Shown here piece by piece: positions 1 through 13,523 of a DNA stretch of 64,000 nucleotides. Below the pieces are notes generated by a model. It was not told the DNA's origin. It did no database searches and saw nothing but the letters and a program-made list of their open reading frames with translations. Each line of letters opens with the position of its first letter. The stretch's first letter is position 1. Made by a program: the position numbers and the translations under genes. This stretch comes from Eledone cirrhosa (taxonomy: Eukaryota). The stretch spans positions 80,910,001 to 80,974,000 of the forward strand of contig OZ024743.1 of NCBI GenBank assembly GCA_964016885.1. Direction: 5' to 3'.

Positions 1-243
1 ACACACCGATCATTATAATAAATGTTCGGTGAATCCATACGTACATGTATATATGTGTGCATGTATGTATATATATATATACATACTACTGTACGTCTGT
101 ATACATATATGTATGTACGTATACATACTTATATTTAAGTAACAGCCGTACTAAGAGTGAGAAATGAAATTTCGTTTCATTTTTTCCGTTTATATATATA
201 TTAAAATACAAATATTAATAAAATAGATGTTCTTTTTGATCAA

Positions 244-300
244 TTACATTTTATTATACATATTTCAGATGTACAACAGTACGACCTCATCAGACAAAAT
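244..300 (-). ncRNA. Minimal type-I hammerhead ribozyme (Penelope-like)
   Basis: Minus strand reads ATTTTGT-CTGATGA-ggtcgtactgttgtacatct-GAAA-TATGTAT-A-ATAAAAT. Core boxes are intact, stem I has 7 bp (one G-U), stem III is short and self-complementary, stem II is imperfect. Confidence 0.6.
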
Positions 301-558
301 ATAATGATACATGACATACCCTGAGATGTTAAATGGTTAAGATTTAATCAAGGTAGTGATTAACCTAAGAGAAAATTTAACATTTATACCCTAATTTTGA
401 GAAAATGCGAAAACGTAATAAATTCAATAGAGAATGTGTGAGAAAGAAAAACGTTGCTTAATGTAACAGTTATAGAGATTTTAAAATGTATGATACTACA
501 ATTTATCTATGAAAACATCTCATAGATCATAACAGCTAGTGATAGCCCCTGGAAAAGG

Positions 559-597
<39 letters not shown>

Positions 598-649
598 ACA
601 TACATATACATATATACATATATACATATATACATATATACATATATAT

Positions 650-936
650 TAAATTGAACAAAGTTGGTTGATTGAAAAGCTGACGACTTTTTCTTAACAG
701 ATGTAAAGCACTCTACCGGATTTTATTAAAATAATAAAGAAGAAAGACGGTTTCGGACGACATTGGACATATTGTTACTGGTTGCCGAAGTCACATATCA
801 ATGGATATTTACGTCTCGTTTGGAATTTTAGCTGAAGAGAACACGTAGGGCAGTTGTTATACATCTGCCCTACGTCTTTCAAATACGTATAACAAATAGG
901 GATGTACAAATGAAACCGTCTTTCTTGTTTATTATT
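650..936. mobile_element. Degenerate fold-back element
   Basis: Inverted repeat aataataaagaagaaagacggtttc (730-754) / gaaaccgtctttcttgtttattatt (912-936). Internal hairpin acgtagggcag/ctgccctacgt. CTGAAGA at 832 and GAAA at 912. Next to (TA)n. Confidence 0.4.
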
Positions 937-956
937 ATTATTATTATTATTATTGT

Positions 957-3900
957 GAACGTGACCTGGGCATTACTGTCAGCAGCAATTTGTGATGGAC
1001 AAAGCACATCTTTAAAATTGCCAAGAAGGCCGAGGGTGTCTTAGCATCACTCAGCAAGACCTTTGTCAGCCGCACTCCAGCTATCTATTTAAAGCTGTAT
1101 ATAACTATGGCGCGGCCACACTTAGAATTTGCATCATCAGTCTGGAACCCCTACCTTGCTCAGAACATTGACCTTCTGGAAACTGTTCAGAGACATGCAA
1201 CCAAGTGAATACCCTCCATCAGGCATCTACCATACTTCGAATGCCTTGCTTCCTTGGGCATGTATACATTAAAGCTCCGACGGCTGGCAACTGACTTGGT
1301 AAACCCCCACAAAATTATTAACCATCTTGTCAACAACCCTGAGCACCTTTTTGAATTCTATGTGTCTAAAACGCGTGGGCATGCCCACAAAGTCAGAAAA
1401 CAGCACAGCTCCCATGACATTTGGAAACAATTTTTCACGCTCAGAGTTGCTGAAGCATGGAAAAAACTACCTCCATCAGTTGTTAGCTGTCGAGACACTG
1501 TATCCTTTAAAACCTCCATGGAACAAACTGCCTGCATCAGTTGTTAGCCGTTGAGACACTGCATGCTTTAAAACCTCCATGGAATAAACTACCTGCATCA
1601 GTTGTTAGCTGTCGAGACATTGCATCCTTTAAAACCTCCATGGAACAAACTACCTGCATCAGTTGTTAGCTATCGAAACACTGCATCCTTTAAATCCTCC
1701 ATGGAACAAACTACCTTCATCAGTTGTTAGCTGCTGAGACACTGCATCCTTTAAAACCTCGATGGAACAAACTGCCTGCATCAGTTATTAGCTGTCGAGA
1801 CACTGCATCCTTTAAAACCTCCATGGAACAAACTATCTGCATGAGTTGTTAGCTGTCGAGACACTGCATCCTTTAAAACCTCCATGGAACAAACTCCCTG
1901 CATCAGTTGTTAGCTGCTGAGACACTGCATCCTTTAAAACCTCGATGGAACAAACTGCCTGCATCAGTTATTAGCTGTCGAGACACTGCATCCTTTAAAA
2001 CGTCCATAGAACAAACTCACTTCCTCCATCAGTTGTTAGCTGTCGAGACACTGCATCCTTTAAAACCTCCCTGGAATAAACTACCTGCATCAATTGTTAG
2101 CTGTCGAAACACTGGATCCTTTAAAACCTCCATGGAACAAACTCCCTCATCAGTTGTTAGCTATCGAGACACTGCATCCTTTAAAACCTCCATGGAACAA
2201 ACTACCTTCATCAGTTGTTAGCTGTCGAGACATTGCATCCTTTAAAACCTCCATGGAACAAACTACCTGCATCAGTTGTTAGCTATCGAAACACTGCATC
2301 CTTTAAATCCTCCATGGAACAAACTACCTTCATCAGTTGTTAGCTGCTGAGACACTGCATCCTTTAAAACCTCGATGGAACAAACTGCCTGCATCAGTTA
2401 TTAGCTGTCGAGACATTGCATCCTTTAAAACCTCCATGGAACAAACTATCTGCATGAGTTGTTAGCTGTCGAGACACTGCATCCTTTAAAACCTCCATGG
2501 AACAAACTCCCTGCATCAGTTGTTAGCTGCTGAGACACTGCATCCTTTAAAACCTCGATGGAACAAACTGCCTGCATCAGTTATTAGCTGTCGAGACACT
2601 GCATCCTTTAAAACGTCCATAGAACAAACTCACTTCCTCCATCAGTTGTTAGCTGTCGAGACACTGCATCCTTTAAAACCTCCCTGGAATAAACTACCTG
2701 CATCAATTGTTAGCTGTCGAAACACTGGATCCTTTAAAACCTCCATGGAACAAACTCCCTCATCAGTTGTTAGCTATCGAGACACTGCATCCTTTAAAAC
2801 CTCCATGGAACAAACTACCTTCATCAGTTGTTAGCTGTCGAGACATTGCATCCTTTAAAACCTCCATGGAACAAACTACCTGCATCAGTTGTTAGCTATC
2901 GAAACACTGCATCCTTTAAATCCTCCATGGAACAAACTACCTTCATCAGTTGTTAGCTGCTGAGACACTGCATCCTTTAAAACCTCGATGGAACAAACTG
3001 CCTGCATCAGTTATTAGCTGTCGAGACACTGCATCCTTTAAAACCTCCATGGAACAAACTATCTGCATGAGTTGTTAGCTGTCGAGACACTGCATCCTTT
3101 AAAACCTCCATGGAACAAACTCCCTGCATCAGTTGTTAGCTGCTGAGACACTGCATCCTTTAAAACCTCGATGGAACAAACTGCCTGCATCAGTTATTAG
3201 CTGTCGAGACACTGCATCCTTTAAAACGTCCATAGAACAAACTCACTTCCTCCATCAGTTGTTAGCTGTCGAGACACTGCATCCTTTAAAACCTCCCTGG
3301 AATAAACTACCTGCATCAATTGTTAGCTGTCGAAACACTGGATCCTTTAAAACCTCCATGGAACAAACTCCCTCATCAGTTGTTAGCTATCGAGACACTG
3401 CATCCTTTAAAACCTCCATGGAACAAACTACCTTCATCAGTTGTTAGCTGTCGAGACATTGCATCCTTTAAAACCTCCATGGAACAAACTCCCTGCATCA
3501 GTTGTTAGCTGCTGAGACACTGCATCCTTTAAAACCTCGATGGAACAAACTGCCTGCATCAGTTATTAGCTGTCGAGACACTGCATCCTTTAAAACCTCC
3601 ATGGAACAAACTATCTGCATGAGTTGTTAGCTGTCGAGACACTGCATCCTTTAAAACCTCCATGGAACAAACTCCCTGCATCAGTTGTTAGCTGCTGAGA
3701 CACTGCATCCTTTAAAACCTCGATGGAACAAACTGCCTGCATCAGTTATTAGCTGTCGAGACACTGCATCATTTAAAACCTCCATGGAACAAACTATCTG
3801 CATGAGTTGTTAGCTGTCGAGACACTGCATCCTTTAAAACCTCCATGGAACAAACTCCCTGCATCAGTTGTTAGCTGCTGAGACACTGCATCCTTTAAAA

Positions 3901-5066
3901 CCTCGATGGAACAAACTGCCTGCATCAGTTATTAGCTGTCGAGACACTGCATCCTTTAAAACCTCCATGGAACAAACTATCTGCATGAGTTGTTAGCTGT
4001 CGAGACACTGCATCCTTTAAAACCTCCATGGAACAAACTCCCTGCATCAGTTGTTAGCTGCTGAGACACTGCATCCTTTAAAACCTCGATGGAACAAACT
4101 GCCTGCATCAGTTATTAGCTGTCGAGACACTGCATCATTTAAAACCTCCATGGAACAAACTATCTGCATGAGTTGTTAGCTGTCGAGACACTGCATCCTT
4201 TAAAACCTCCATGGAACAAACTCCCTGCATCAGTTGTTAGCTGCTGAGACACTGCATCCTTTAAAACCTCGATGGAACAAACTGCCTGCATCAGTTATTA
4301 GCTGTCGAGACACTGCATCCTTTAAAACCTCCATGGAACAAACTCCCTGCATCAGTTGTTAGCTGCTGAGACACTGCATCCTTTAAAACCTCGATGGAAC
4401 AAACTGCCTGCATCAGTTATTAGCTGTCGAAACACTGCATCATTTAAAACCTCGATGGAACAAACTGCCTGCATCAGTTATTAGCTGTCGAGACACTGCA
4501 TCCTTTAAAACCTCGATGGAACAAACTGCCTGCATCAGTTATTAGCTGTCGAGACACTGCATCCTTTAAAACCTCGATGGAACAAACTGCCTGCATCAGT
4601 TATTAGCTGTCGAGACACTGCATCCTTTAAAACCTCCATGGAACAAACTCCCTGCATCAGTTGTTAGCTGCTGAGACACTGCATCCTTTAAAACCTCCAT
4701 GGAACAAACTGCCTGCATCAGTTATTAGCTGTCGAGACACTGCATCATTTAAAACCTCCATGGAACAAACTATCTGCATGAGTTGTTAGCTGTCGAGACA
4801 CTGCATCCTTTAAAACCTCCATGGAACAAACTCCCTGCATCAGTTGTTAGCTGCTGAGACACTGCATCCTTTAAAACCTCCATGCTTCCTGAGATTCACC
4901 AACACTACACCTAATACCCCCTCTCCATACACACGCACACATGTATATCATGACTCATACACTGTTCACTTTCCTGACTTTTGTACATTATTCTGTGTAC
5001 TATACAGGCACCTTTGATGAGTTGTGCACCTGAGCACTGTACACAATAATTTCATTATCATTATAT
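957..5066 (+). mobile_element. 5'-truncated CR1/Jockey-group LINE 3' end (RT C-terminus plus 3' UTR), split by an internal tandem array
   Basis: Frame from 957 reads ERDLGITVSSNL*W...RPHLEFASSVWNPY...LETVQRHATK*IP...RGHAHK...FFTLRVAEAWKKLPPSVVSCRDTVSFKTSM. It resumes after the array as MLPEIHQHYT* (stop 4912-4914) and ends in a short (CATTAT)-type tail. Premature stops are present. Confidence 0.85.
1456..4884 (+). repeat. 61-bp minisatellite, about 56 copies, with 613-bp and ~182-bp higher-order repeats
   Basis: Unit CATGGAACAAACTACCTGCATCAGTTGTTAGCTGTCGAGACACTGCATCCTTTAAAACCTC starts at 1456, 1517, 1578 and onward. Identical ORFs at 1907, 2520 and 3133 show the 613-bp period. Confidence 0.97.
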
Positions 5067-5335
5067 ATTTCTGGTTTATGTGTCTAAAGCCAATCTCAGC
5101 CATGTCACGTCCCACCGAGATTTGAGCCCCGAAAGCAGAGACTCGGAACGAATATTGCAAAGTTTTCTACCCAACACTCTAACGCATCATGATCTTGCAT
5201 GTATATATCTACAGAGATATAACATGTCATATACACACTCGCATACACACACACACACACATACACATATACATATATGAATATGTGTACATGCATATAT
5301 ATATATGTGTGTATATATATATATATGTGTATATG

Positions 5336-5399
<64 letters not shown>

Positions 5400-5478
5400 T
5401 ATATATATACATAGCAATATATATACATATACACACACATATATATATGCATATATAAATATATTTAAATATATATAA

Positions 5479-5525
<47 letters not shown>

Positions 5526-6159
5526 ATCTATATTTTATGCATCTAAACTGCGATATATAATTAAGTCTGTGTGAGCCGCATCTTAAAATTTCGCCACCAG
5601 TTCACTAATGCGATTGATCCTATATTAATAAATTAATACTAATTTATATCGCGAATAAGACCTAAGGTATCAACATTATTGTTGAGAAACTCATCAGATC
5701 TTTAAAATATAATCAAAATATATGGAATTATAGAACTAATAAGGATATAAGTAATCTATAACTAAGTCTATTAATATTGCTTAGAAATATCAAAATAAGA
5801 AGAGAAGTATTAAAATAGAATTAACAAAAAATTACAACTAAAAAATAATGAATGAAAAATAATAAATTTTGTATATATTTATCTGAGTGTATCAATTCAT
5901 TGATGAACCCAGCTCTTAATTGTATAATTATTCATTTTTCTTTATCAAATTTGCATGATATAGTTTTTAGCATTGTCACATATATTTCACCTTTCCCTGC
6001 TTCAGACCGAATATTTCCTTCCAAGAAGAAATCTTAGTTTATTCCTTATAATTTACCAAACACTTAATATGGAGCTTACTATAAATATCGTCGTTTCTTG
6101 CATCGTTAAAACTTCCATGATATGCTTTTACTACTATCAACAATATTATTATTATTAAA

Positions 6160-6845
6160 AACGAGTAGAGGGTCGGACGCCATGCTTTGCAGCATAGAGT
6201 TACGGCCCTTTATTATCTGAGTTCAAATCCCGCCGAGGTTAACTTTCCCTTTCATCCTTACGGGGTCGATAAAATAAAGTACCAGTAATGTACTGGGTTC
6301 GATTTAATCGACTTCCCCCTCCCCCAAAATTGCTGGCCTTGTGCCTATATAAGAAACCATTATGATTAGCAGCGGGTGTTGGATTGGCAGCATCGGTAGA
6401 GTGTCTGACCACGTTTTGCCGCATACAGTTACGCCCCTTTACATTCAGAGTTCAAATCCCGCCGAGGTTAGGCCTGTCTTACGTTTTTGCGAGATCGATA
6501 AAATAAAGTACCAGTAATACACTGGGTGGATTTAATCGATTTACTCGCCCCATCCAAAATTGTTGGACTTGTGCCTAAATCAGAAACTATCATTATCATC
6601 ATCATCATCATGATTAGGTGCTGACAGATTGACAGAACCGTACAAGGATCGGATAAAATGCTTTGTGGTATTTAGGTACGGCCTTTTACATTCTGAGTTC
6701 AAAATCCACAGAGGCCAACTTTGCCCTTCATCCTATCGGAGTTGATAAAACCATGTACCAGTTATGTACTTGGGTCAATATAATCGACTTTCTCATTATT
6801 CCAAATTGCTGGCTTCATCTCAAAGCTAGAAATAATTATTATTGT
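6160..6845 (+). mobile_element. Three head-to-tail copies of a short tRNA-derived SINE
   Basis: Each copy has GAGTTCAAATCC (B-box-like), then gccgaggttaactttgcctttcatcc..ggggtcgataaaataaagtaccag, then gctggccttgtgcc, and an ATT/ATC tail. Copies lie at about 6160, 6380 and 6620. Confidence 0.8.
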
Positions 6846-6887
6846 TTTCGGGAGGAGGAGGATGGTTTTGGTATACAATTGTCACAC

Positions 6888-6950
6888 CCTAAACATTGTC
6901 ACACCCTAAACATTGTCACACCCTAAACATTGTTACACCCTAAACATTGT
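6888..6950. repeat. 17-bp tandem repeat, about 3.7 copies
   Basis: ATTGTCACACCCTAAAC repeated directly. Confidence 0.9.
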
Positions 6951-7015
6951 AATCTCAAGATCCTTGGATTTAGATTGGTTTTCAAATATTTCTATAAGTA
7001 GGCACCATCATATCA

Positions 7016-7480
7016 ATTAACAGGCATGTTTTTGCTTTAGGTCTTTGATGATGGCTTGCCAGCATTTATGCGGGATTAGCCGAAGTGAAATGTACCTGTC
7101 TTCAGTCCTTTCAGCCTGGTCAACCACACAACCTTTTTTGCTCTCGCCACCAGACAGAGGAAAACTGTCTGCCCTTCCTGGCCAAAAGAAGGCGGCGGAG
7201 CGATATTCACTATAGACTCGGCTGATAGCCGGACCTGTTCTACACGCGACAACAGCTGCTCGACATAAACCCACAAGTCATTAATGAAAGGATACTGCAC
7301 GAGTTCGTGTAGAGCGGGTTCGTCACTCTGTGTTCATCTCGGACAAGTCCATCTGACAGCACTTCCGTGCCTATAGAGTTTATCTGGAACCGGCAGAGCC
7401 CCCCGGTGACTCGGCCAATCGAGGGATTTCCTGAAGTTATACATAGTCCTCGGCCCGAAAATCCTCCGGAAGTATTAGGA
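7016..7480 (-). mobile_element. Tx1/L1-like LINE ORF2 C-terminal fragment with a decayed CCHC zinc knuckle
   Basis: Minus strand reads CPR*TQSDEPALHELVQYPFINDLWVYVEQLL...FLCLVARAKKVVWLTR, which matches the CxxC-x-ET-xxH-xxx-CP...W...AK..W pattern. GC content is higher than the flanks. Confidence 0.65.
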
Positions 7481-7668
7481 TTCAATCAGCATAAAATCTA
7501 GTTAGACCATTATACAACAGAGTACTCGATACTTGGGATAGTAGAGTATGATTATATTATATGATTCGGGGCCCGACGGCTGAGCTCTTACCGTTTCAAT
7601 AGCTAATTGAAGACACTGGAATTAGCTGTCTAAACGGCAAGGGCTCAGACGTCGGGGACCGAATTTTT
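7480..7668 (-). mobile_element. Fold-back element family A, diverged copy
   Basis: Imperfect hairpin 7564-7664 (attcggggcccgacggctgagctc.../...gggctcagacgtcggggaccgaat), with a left tail homologous to 60841-60917. Confidence 0.75.
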
Positions 7669-7724
7669 CTAATAGTTACACACACATATATATATATCAT
7701 TGATGTGATAAACTATTATATATA

Positions 7725-7799
<75 letters not shown>

Positions 7800-7800
<1 letters not shown>

Positions 7801-8117
7801 TGAAATCAAAAATGCAACTGGAGTCTTATTTTTAAAAATATATATATATTTATTTGGTTCCTTTACCGGTTTCGCAGTTCTTCTGCTTTTCAAAAGTAGA
7901 GTTGAGATGGAGGGTCTGTGAGAAAAAGCACAGACCCTCCATCTCAACTCTACGTTTGAAAAGCAGAAGAACTGCGAAACCAGTAAAGGAACCAAATAAA
8001 TATATATATATTTAAAAAAATAAGACTCCAGTTGCATTTTTGATTTTATATTTTTTCCTTATACTCTCACTCGTGTAGGACACCTCGGTTATTTTTCATT
8101 TTGTAAAAAAACCTCAC

Positions 8118-8122
<5 letters not shown>
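7800..8122 (+). mobile_element. Fold-back element with ~121-bp arms, 8-nt loop and right tail
   Basis: 7800-7920 is the near-perfect reverse complement of 7929-8049. Arms contain gcGAAAcc(a/g)gTA. The tail contains ATACTCT. Flanked by (TA)n(GA)n and (TA)n. Confidence 0.85.
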
Positions 8123-8148
<26 letters not shown>

Positions 8149-8472
8149 CATAAATGTGTGTGTAAGTATATGCCTTATTGGCATTATGCATGTATGTATA
8201 AACATGCATAAATATAACCTGACATACACATTCCTTTGTATATATATCACAAACATAACAAGATATATATATTATAAAGATTCTGTGAGATGATACATAC
8301 ACTCTTGTATACAAAATATACAACAGAAATATTAGAGAATGGAGGGCAGGAGAATTTATGGCTTCGTAAAGTAATGCTTAGAAAGAAAACAAGGAATATA
8401 AAAACTAAAGCAAGAGTGGAATATACAAACATACATACACACACACATATATATATATATATACACACACTG

Positions 8473-8503
<31 letters not shown>

Positions 8504-8576
8504 CATGCACACACACACACACATATATATATACATGCACACACACACAAACACGCACACACATGCACACACACAT

Positions 8577-8616
<40 letters not shown>

Positions 8617-8875
8617 ATATAGGGATAGATTTATATAAACGGCGTCTTATTGTAAGAGTTATAAATAAAAGGCGGCCAGGTGTGTTAATATGTAATAAGG
8701 TCATTTCTATGAGACCTATCACGTATTTTAGTCACATTTATAAGGTTGTCTCCTGTTCTTTGCACTGGTTTATGGCTGAGAATTGATTTGTGAGACACCA
8801 TTCATAAGCTGGGTGAGGCAATGTTTTTCATACATCATTACATAAAATATATATATAAAATAAATATATCTATAC

Positions 8876-8921
<46 letters not shown>

Positions 8922-9009
8922 TGCATACATACATGCATACATACATGTATGTATTATATTTTATTATATTACACACATTTATATCTTTTATCTTGAACTC
9001 TTTTACCTT

Positions 9010-12000
9010 TTCAAGGTGACGACATGAGGCCATGCAAGGGCACCACAATTGTTGTTGCTACATTATATAGCCGTTGGTCATTGATCCATGAAGGACTTTC
9101 ACACTTTCTGTCCCCATTCATGCTTTTTCGTCTTCTGTGATTTCATCTGCAAACTTAGAAATTAGAATGTCGAGATTCTTTTTAAAGACATATTCACCCA
9201 ACTCATGTCAATCTCTCAGATTTTGCTAGCATATTAAAGAGTTGGGTTAGGAGTTTTTGGACCCTAAGCTATTGCAGTATCTGGTCCTTTTGGCACTACA
9301 CAGAGAAATCGTATTCAGGTTCCAGTCCAACATCAAGGTTAAGTGCTAGCCCTTCCAGGGCCTGCCATATGTTTATTATTACGTATATCTCTCATTTCTC
9401 CTCTAGAATCTAGAGATTTGTGTTTTCAGCTTCTTCCTGTAACCCATCTCTTCCTTTGGATTCCTTCAACTGCCACAGAAAATGTGATACTGTTTGATGA
9501 CGTTAGCTAGGGTTGAGGACAATATTGCTCACAGCACCAGGGCTTAAAATACCCAAGCAATAAACTATTTATTGTTGTCTTCGGCCCATTTGAATGAGAC
9601 ATCCAGATATCGTAATAAAGTTGCATGAACTAGATTCTTGATTGCGTGTGACACTTTGGTGTCGGGACCATAGTTAGAGGCCACTGTACAACCAAGCACA
9701 TATTTGTGAGCGTCAGCACAAATTACATTGGCCCCAAGACAATTCTTTGTGGGTCTCTATTAATATATCATTAGAGAGGGATCCATTATCTGAGACGGGC
9801 CGGATTCTCCCCTTTAATACGACAAGTGGCCATGTTAGTTGTGACATATCGTTCCACGATCAACCATATTGAGGCTTTGCAATGGTGAGATATAACACAT
9901 CCACATTTCATGGGTTTAACAACTGTTTCAGTATCCAGACATAATGCATTAAAAGGTAGCTCCTTTCCGGAGGAAATCTGTGCTGGGAGTTCGTTAGTTA
10001 ATCAGCTTCTTCGAGGGATATGATCCTTCCAGTTGTTCGTTTCATCACTTTCCTGTTATGTAAGGTAAGGTGAGAGAGATAGCCGTGGTGTGAGGTGAGG
10101 GAGATAGCCGTGGTGTGAGGTGAGGTGAGAGAGATAGCCGTGGTGTGAGGTGAGGGAGATAGACGTGGTGTGAGGTAAGGTGAGAGAGATAGCTGTGGTG
10201 TGAGGTGAGGGAGATAGCCGTGGTGTGAGGTGAGGTGAGAGAGATAGCCGTGGTGTGAGGTGAGAGAGATAGCTGTGGTGTGAGGTGAGGGAGATAGCCC
10301 TGGTGTGAGGTGAGGTGAGAGAGATAGCCCTGGTGTGAGGTGAGGTGATAGAGATAGCTGTGGTGTGAGGTGAGGGAGATAGCCGTGGTGTGAGGTGAGA
10401 GAGATAGCCGTGGTGTGAGGTGAGAGAGATAGCTGTGGTGTGAGGTGAGGTGAGAGAGATAGCCCTGGTGTGAGGTGAGGTGAGAGAGATAGCCCTGGTG
10501 TGAGGTGAGGTGATAGAGATAGCTGTGGTGTGAGGTGAGGGAGATAGCCGTGGTGTGAGGTGAGAGAGATAGCCGTGGTGTGAGGTGAGAGAGATAGCTG
10601 TGGTGTGAGGTGAGGGAGATAGCCGTGGTGTGAGGTGAGAGAGATAGCCGTGGTGGGAGGTGAGGTGAGAGAGATAGCCGTGGTGGGAGGTGAGGTGAGA
10701 GAGATAGCCGTGGTAGGAGGTGAGAGTGATAGCCGTGGTGTGAAGGGAGGTGAAAGAGATAGCCGTGGTGTGAGGTGAGAGAGATAGCTGTGGTGTGAGG
10801 TGAGAGAGATAGCCCTGGTGTGAGGTGAGAGGGATAGCTGTGGTGTGAGGGGAGGTGAGAGAGATAGCCGTGGTGTGAGGTGAGAGAGATAGCTGTGGTG
10901 TGAGGTGAGAGAGATAGCCCTGGTGTGAGGTGAGAGTGATAGCCGTGGTGTGAGGGGAGGTGAGAGAGATAGCCGTGGTGTGAGGTGAGAGAGATAGCTG
11001 TGGTGTGAGGTGAGAGAGATAGCCCTGGTGTGAGGTGAGAGGGATAGCTGTGGTGTGAGGTGAGAGAGATAGCCCTGGTGTGAGGTGAGAGGGATAGCTG
11101 TGGTGTGAGGTGAGAGGGATAGCTGTGGTGTGAGGTGAGGTGAGGGAAATAGCCGTGGTGTGAGGTGAGAGAGATAGCCCTGGTGTGAGGTGAGAGAGAT
11201 AGCCGTGGTGTGAGGTGAGAGAGATAGCTGTGGTGTGAGGTGAGAGGGATAGCTGTGGTGTGAGGTGAGGTGAGGGAAATAGCCGTGGTGTGAGGTGAGA
11301 GAGATAGCCGTGGTGTGAGGTGAGAGAGATAGCTGTGGTGTGAGGTGAGAGAGATAGCCGTGGTGTGAGGTGAGAGAGATAGCTGTGGTGTGAGGTGAGA
11401 GGGATAGCTGTGGTGTGAGGTGAGGTGAGGGAAATAGCCGTGGTGTGAGGTGAGAGAGATAGCCGTGGTGTGAGGTGAGAGAGATAGCTGTGGTGTGAGG
11501 TGAGAGAGATAGTTGTGGTGTGAGGTGAGGTCAGCGAGATAGCCGTGGTGTGAGGTGAGGTGAGAGAGATACCGTGGTCTGAGGTGAGAGAGATAGCTGT
11601 GGTGTGAAGTGAGGGAGATAGCCGTGGTGTGAGGTGAGAGAGATAGCCGTAGTGGGAGGTGAGAGAGATAGCTGTGGTGTGAGGTGAGAGAGATAGCTGT
11701 GGTGTGAGGTGAGAGAGATAGCCCTGATGTGAGGTGAGAGAGATAGCTGTGGTGTGAGGTGAGGTGAGAGAGATAGCCGTGGTGTGAGGTGAGAGAGATA
11801 GCTGTGGTGTGAGGTGAGAGAGATAGCCGTGGTGTGAGGTGAGAGAGATAGCTGTGGTGTGAGGTGAGGTGAGAGAGATAGCCCTGGTGTGAGGTGAGAG
11901 AGATAGCTGTGGTGTGAGGTGAGAGAGATAGCCGTGGTGTGAGGTGAGAGAGATAGCCGTGGTGTGAGGTGAGGTGAGAGAGATAGCCCTGGTGTGAGGT

Positions 12001-13060
12001 GAGAGAGATAGCCATGGTGTGAGGTGAGGTGAGAGAGATAGCCCTGGTGTGAGGTGAGGTGAGAGAGATAGCCGTGGTGTGAGGTGAGAGAGATAGCTGT
12101 GGTGTGAGGTGAGGTGAGAGAGATAACCGTTTTGGGAGGTGAGAGAGATAGCCGTGGTGTGAGGTGAGAGTGATAGCCCTGGTGTGAGGTGAGGTGAGAG
12201 AGATAGCCGTGGTGGGAGGTGAGGTGAGAGAGATAGCCATGGTGGGAGGTGAGGTGAGAGAGATAGCCGTGGTGTGAGGTGAGTGAGATATCTGTGGTGT
12301 GAGGTGAGAGAGATAGCTGTGGTGTGAGGTGAGAGAGATAGCCGTGGTGTTATGTGAGAGAGATAGCTGTGGTGTGAGGTGAGAGAGATAGCCCTGGTGT
12401 TATGTGAGAGAGATAGCTGTGGTGTGAGGTGAGGTGAGAGAGATAGCCGTGGTGTGAGGTGAGAGAGATAGCTGTGGTGTGAGGTGAGAGAGATAGCCCT
12501 GGTGTTATGTGAGAGAGATAGCCCTGGGGTGAGGTGAGAGAGATAGCCCTGGTGTGAGGTGAGAGAGATAGCCCTGGTGTGAGGTGAGAGAGATAGCCCT
12601 GGTGTGAGGTGAGAGAGATAGCCCTGGTGTGAGGTGAGAGAGATAGCCCTGGTGTGAGGTGAGAGAGATAACCCTGTAATATTTAGCATCTGCTCTGCTC
12701 CCTCCTTTATGACTAAAACATGTTATGCCTTCCTATAACCTTCGAGAGAGGTTAACACAAATTAACCCCAGAAGAGAATTTGTAGTTGATCTAATATTAA
12801 TAGTTTTTTGCAAGACCTTTGGAGGACGGAAGTCCAGTAGGGCCATTAGGTGAATTTAGTTCATTTTATTTATGCAATTGATGGTTGCAGTTTGTCGAAT
12901 TGTGATGTTGAAGAAACCATCTGGAGAAATTATTTACGTGTATCACATAAGGGATTGAAACCACTTTTATATTGCTCATTTAGTATTTCACGTACTTTTT
13001 GGGAGCCTCAGTAATTTGTTTTAATGGTACAGTGGTTCTCAGTTGTAGTGTACTCGTGTC
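9010..13060 (-). mobile_element. Decayed Jockey/CR1-group LINE RT region interrupted by a minisatellite
   Basis: Minus strand reads HKGGSRADAKYYRVISLTSH just before the array (12711 downward). After the array it reads KVMKRTTGRIISLEEAD*LTNSQHRFPPERSYL, then near 9120-9250 QLFNMLAK...FKKNLDILISKFADE. Confidence 0.8.
10065..12676. repeat. 25/30-bp minisatellite, about 95 copies
   Basis: Unit GAGGTGAGAGAGATAGCCGTGGTGT, with or without an extra GAGGT. Confidence 0.97.
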
Positions 13061-13200
13061 TGTGTGAGCATTGAACTCTGCTCAGCATTATCATTCCCTA
13101 CAGTTTCACCTTTCTACGTGATTCCACGAGACTTTCATCACCAAGTTATTATTCAACGCCCACCATCACCGCGAAACTCATTATGTCACTTAGCACACCC

Positions 13201-13305
<105 letters not shown>

Positions 13306-13392
13306 TGTGTCCGTATGTTATTTCAACGGGCTGCTTTTTGGGGCTTGTAAAAAATACACATTTATGCATGCAGAAGAAACACCAGTATATAA

Positions 13393-13523
<131 letters not shown>

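Noticed and set aside
1456-4884. CRISPR-like regular array
   Set aside because: There are no unique spacers and no cas genes, the context is eukaryotic, and the unit derives from LINE ORF2.
6888-6950. Telomere-like CCCTAA repeats
   Set aside because: CCCTAA is part of a 17-bp unit, not a (TTAGGG)n tract.
7800-8049. Hairpins as pre-miRNA genes
   Set aside because: The stems are too long and too perfect, several belong to dispersed families, and there is no expression evidence.
10045-12689. 731 aa and 877 aa His/Ser/Thr-rich ORFs
   Set aside because: They are translations of a stop-poor 25/30-bp minisatellite inside a dead LINE. The 25-bp unit is not a multiple of three, so frames rotate.
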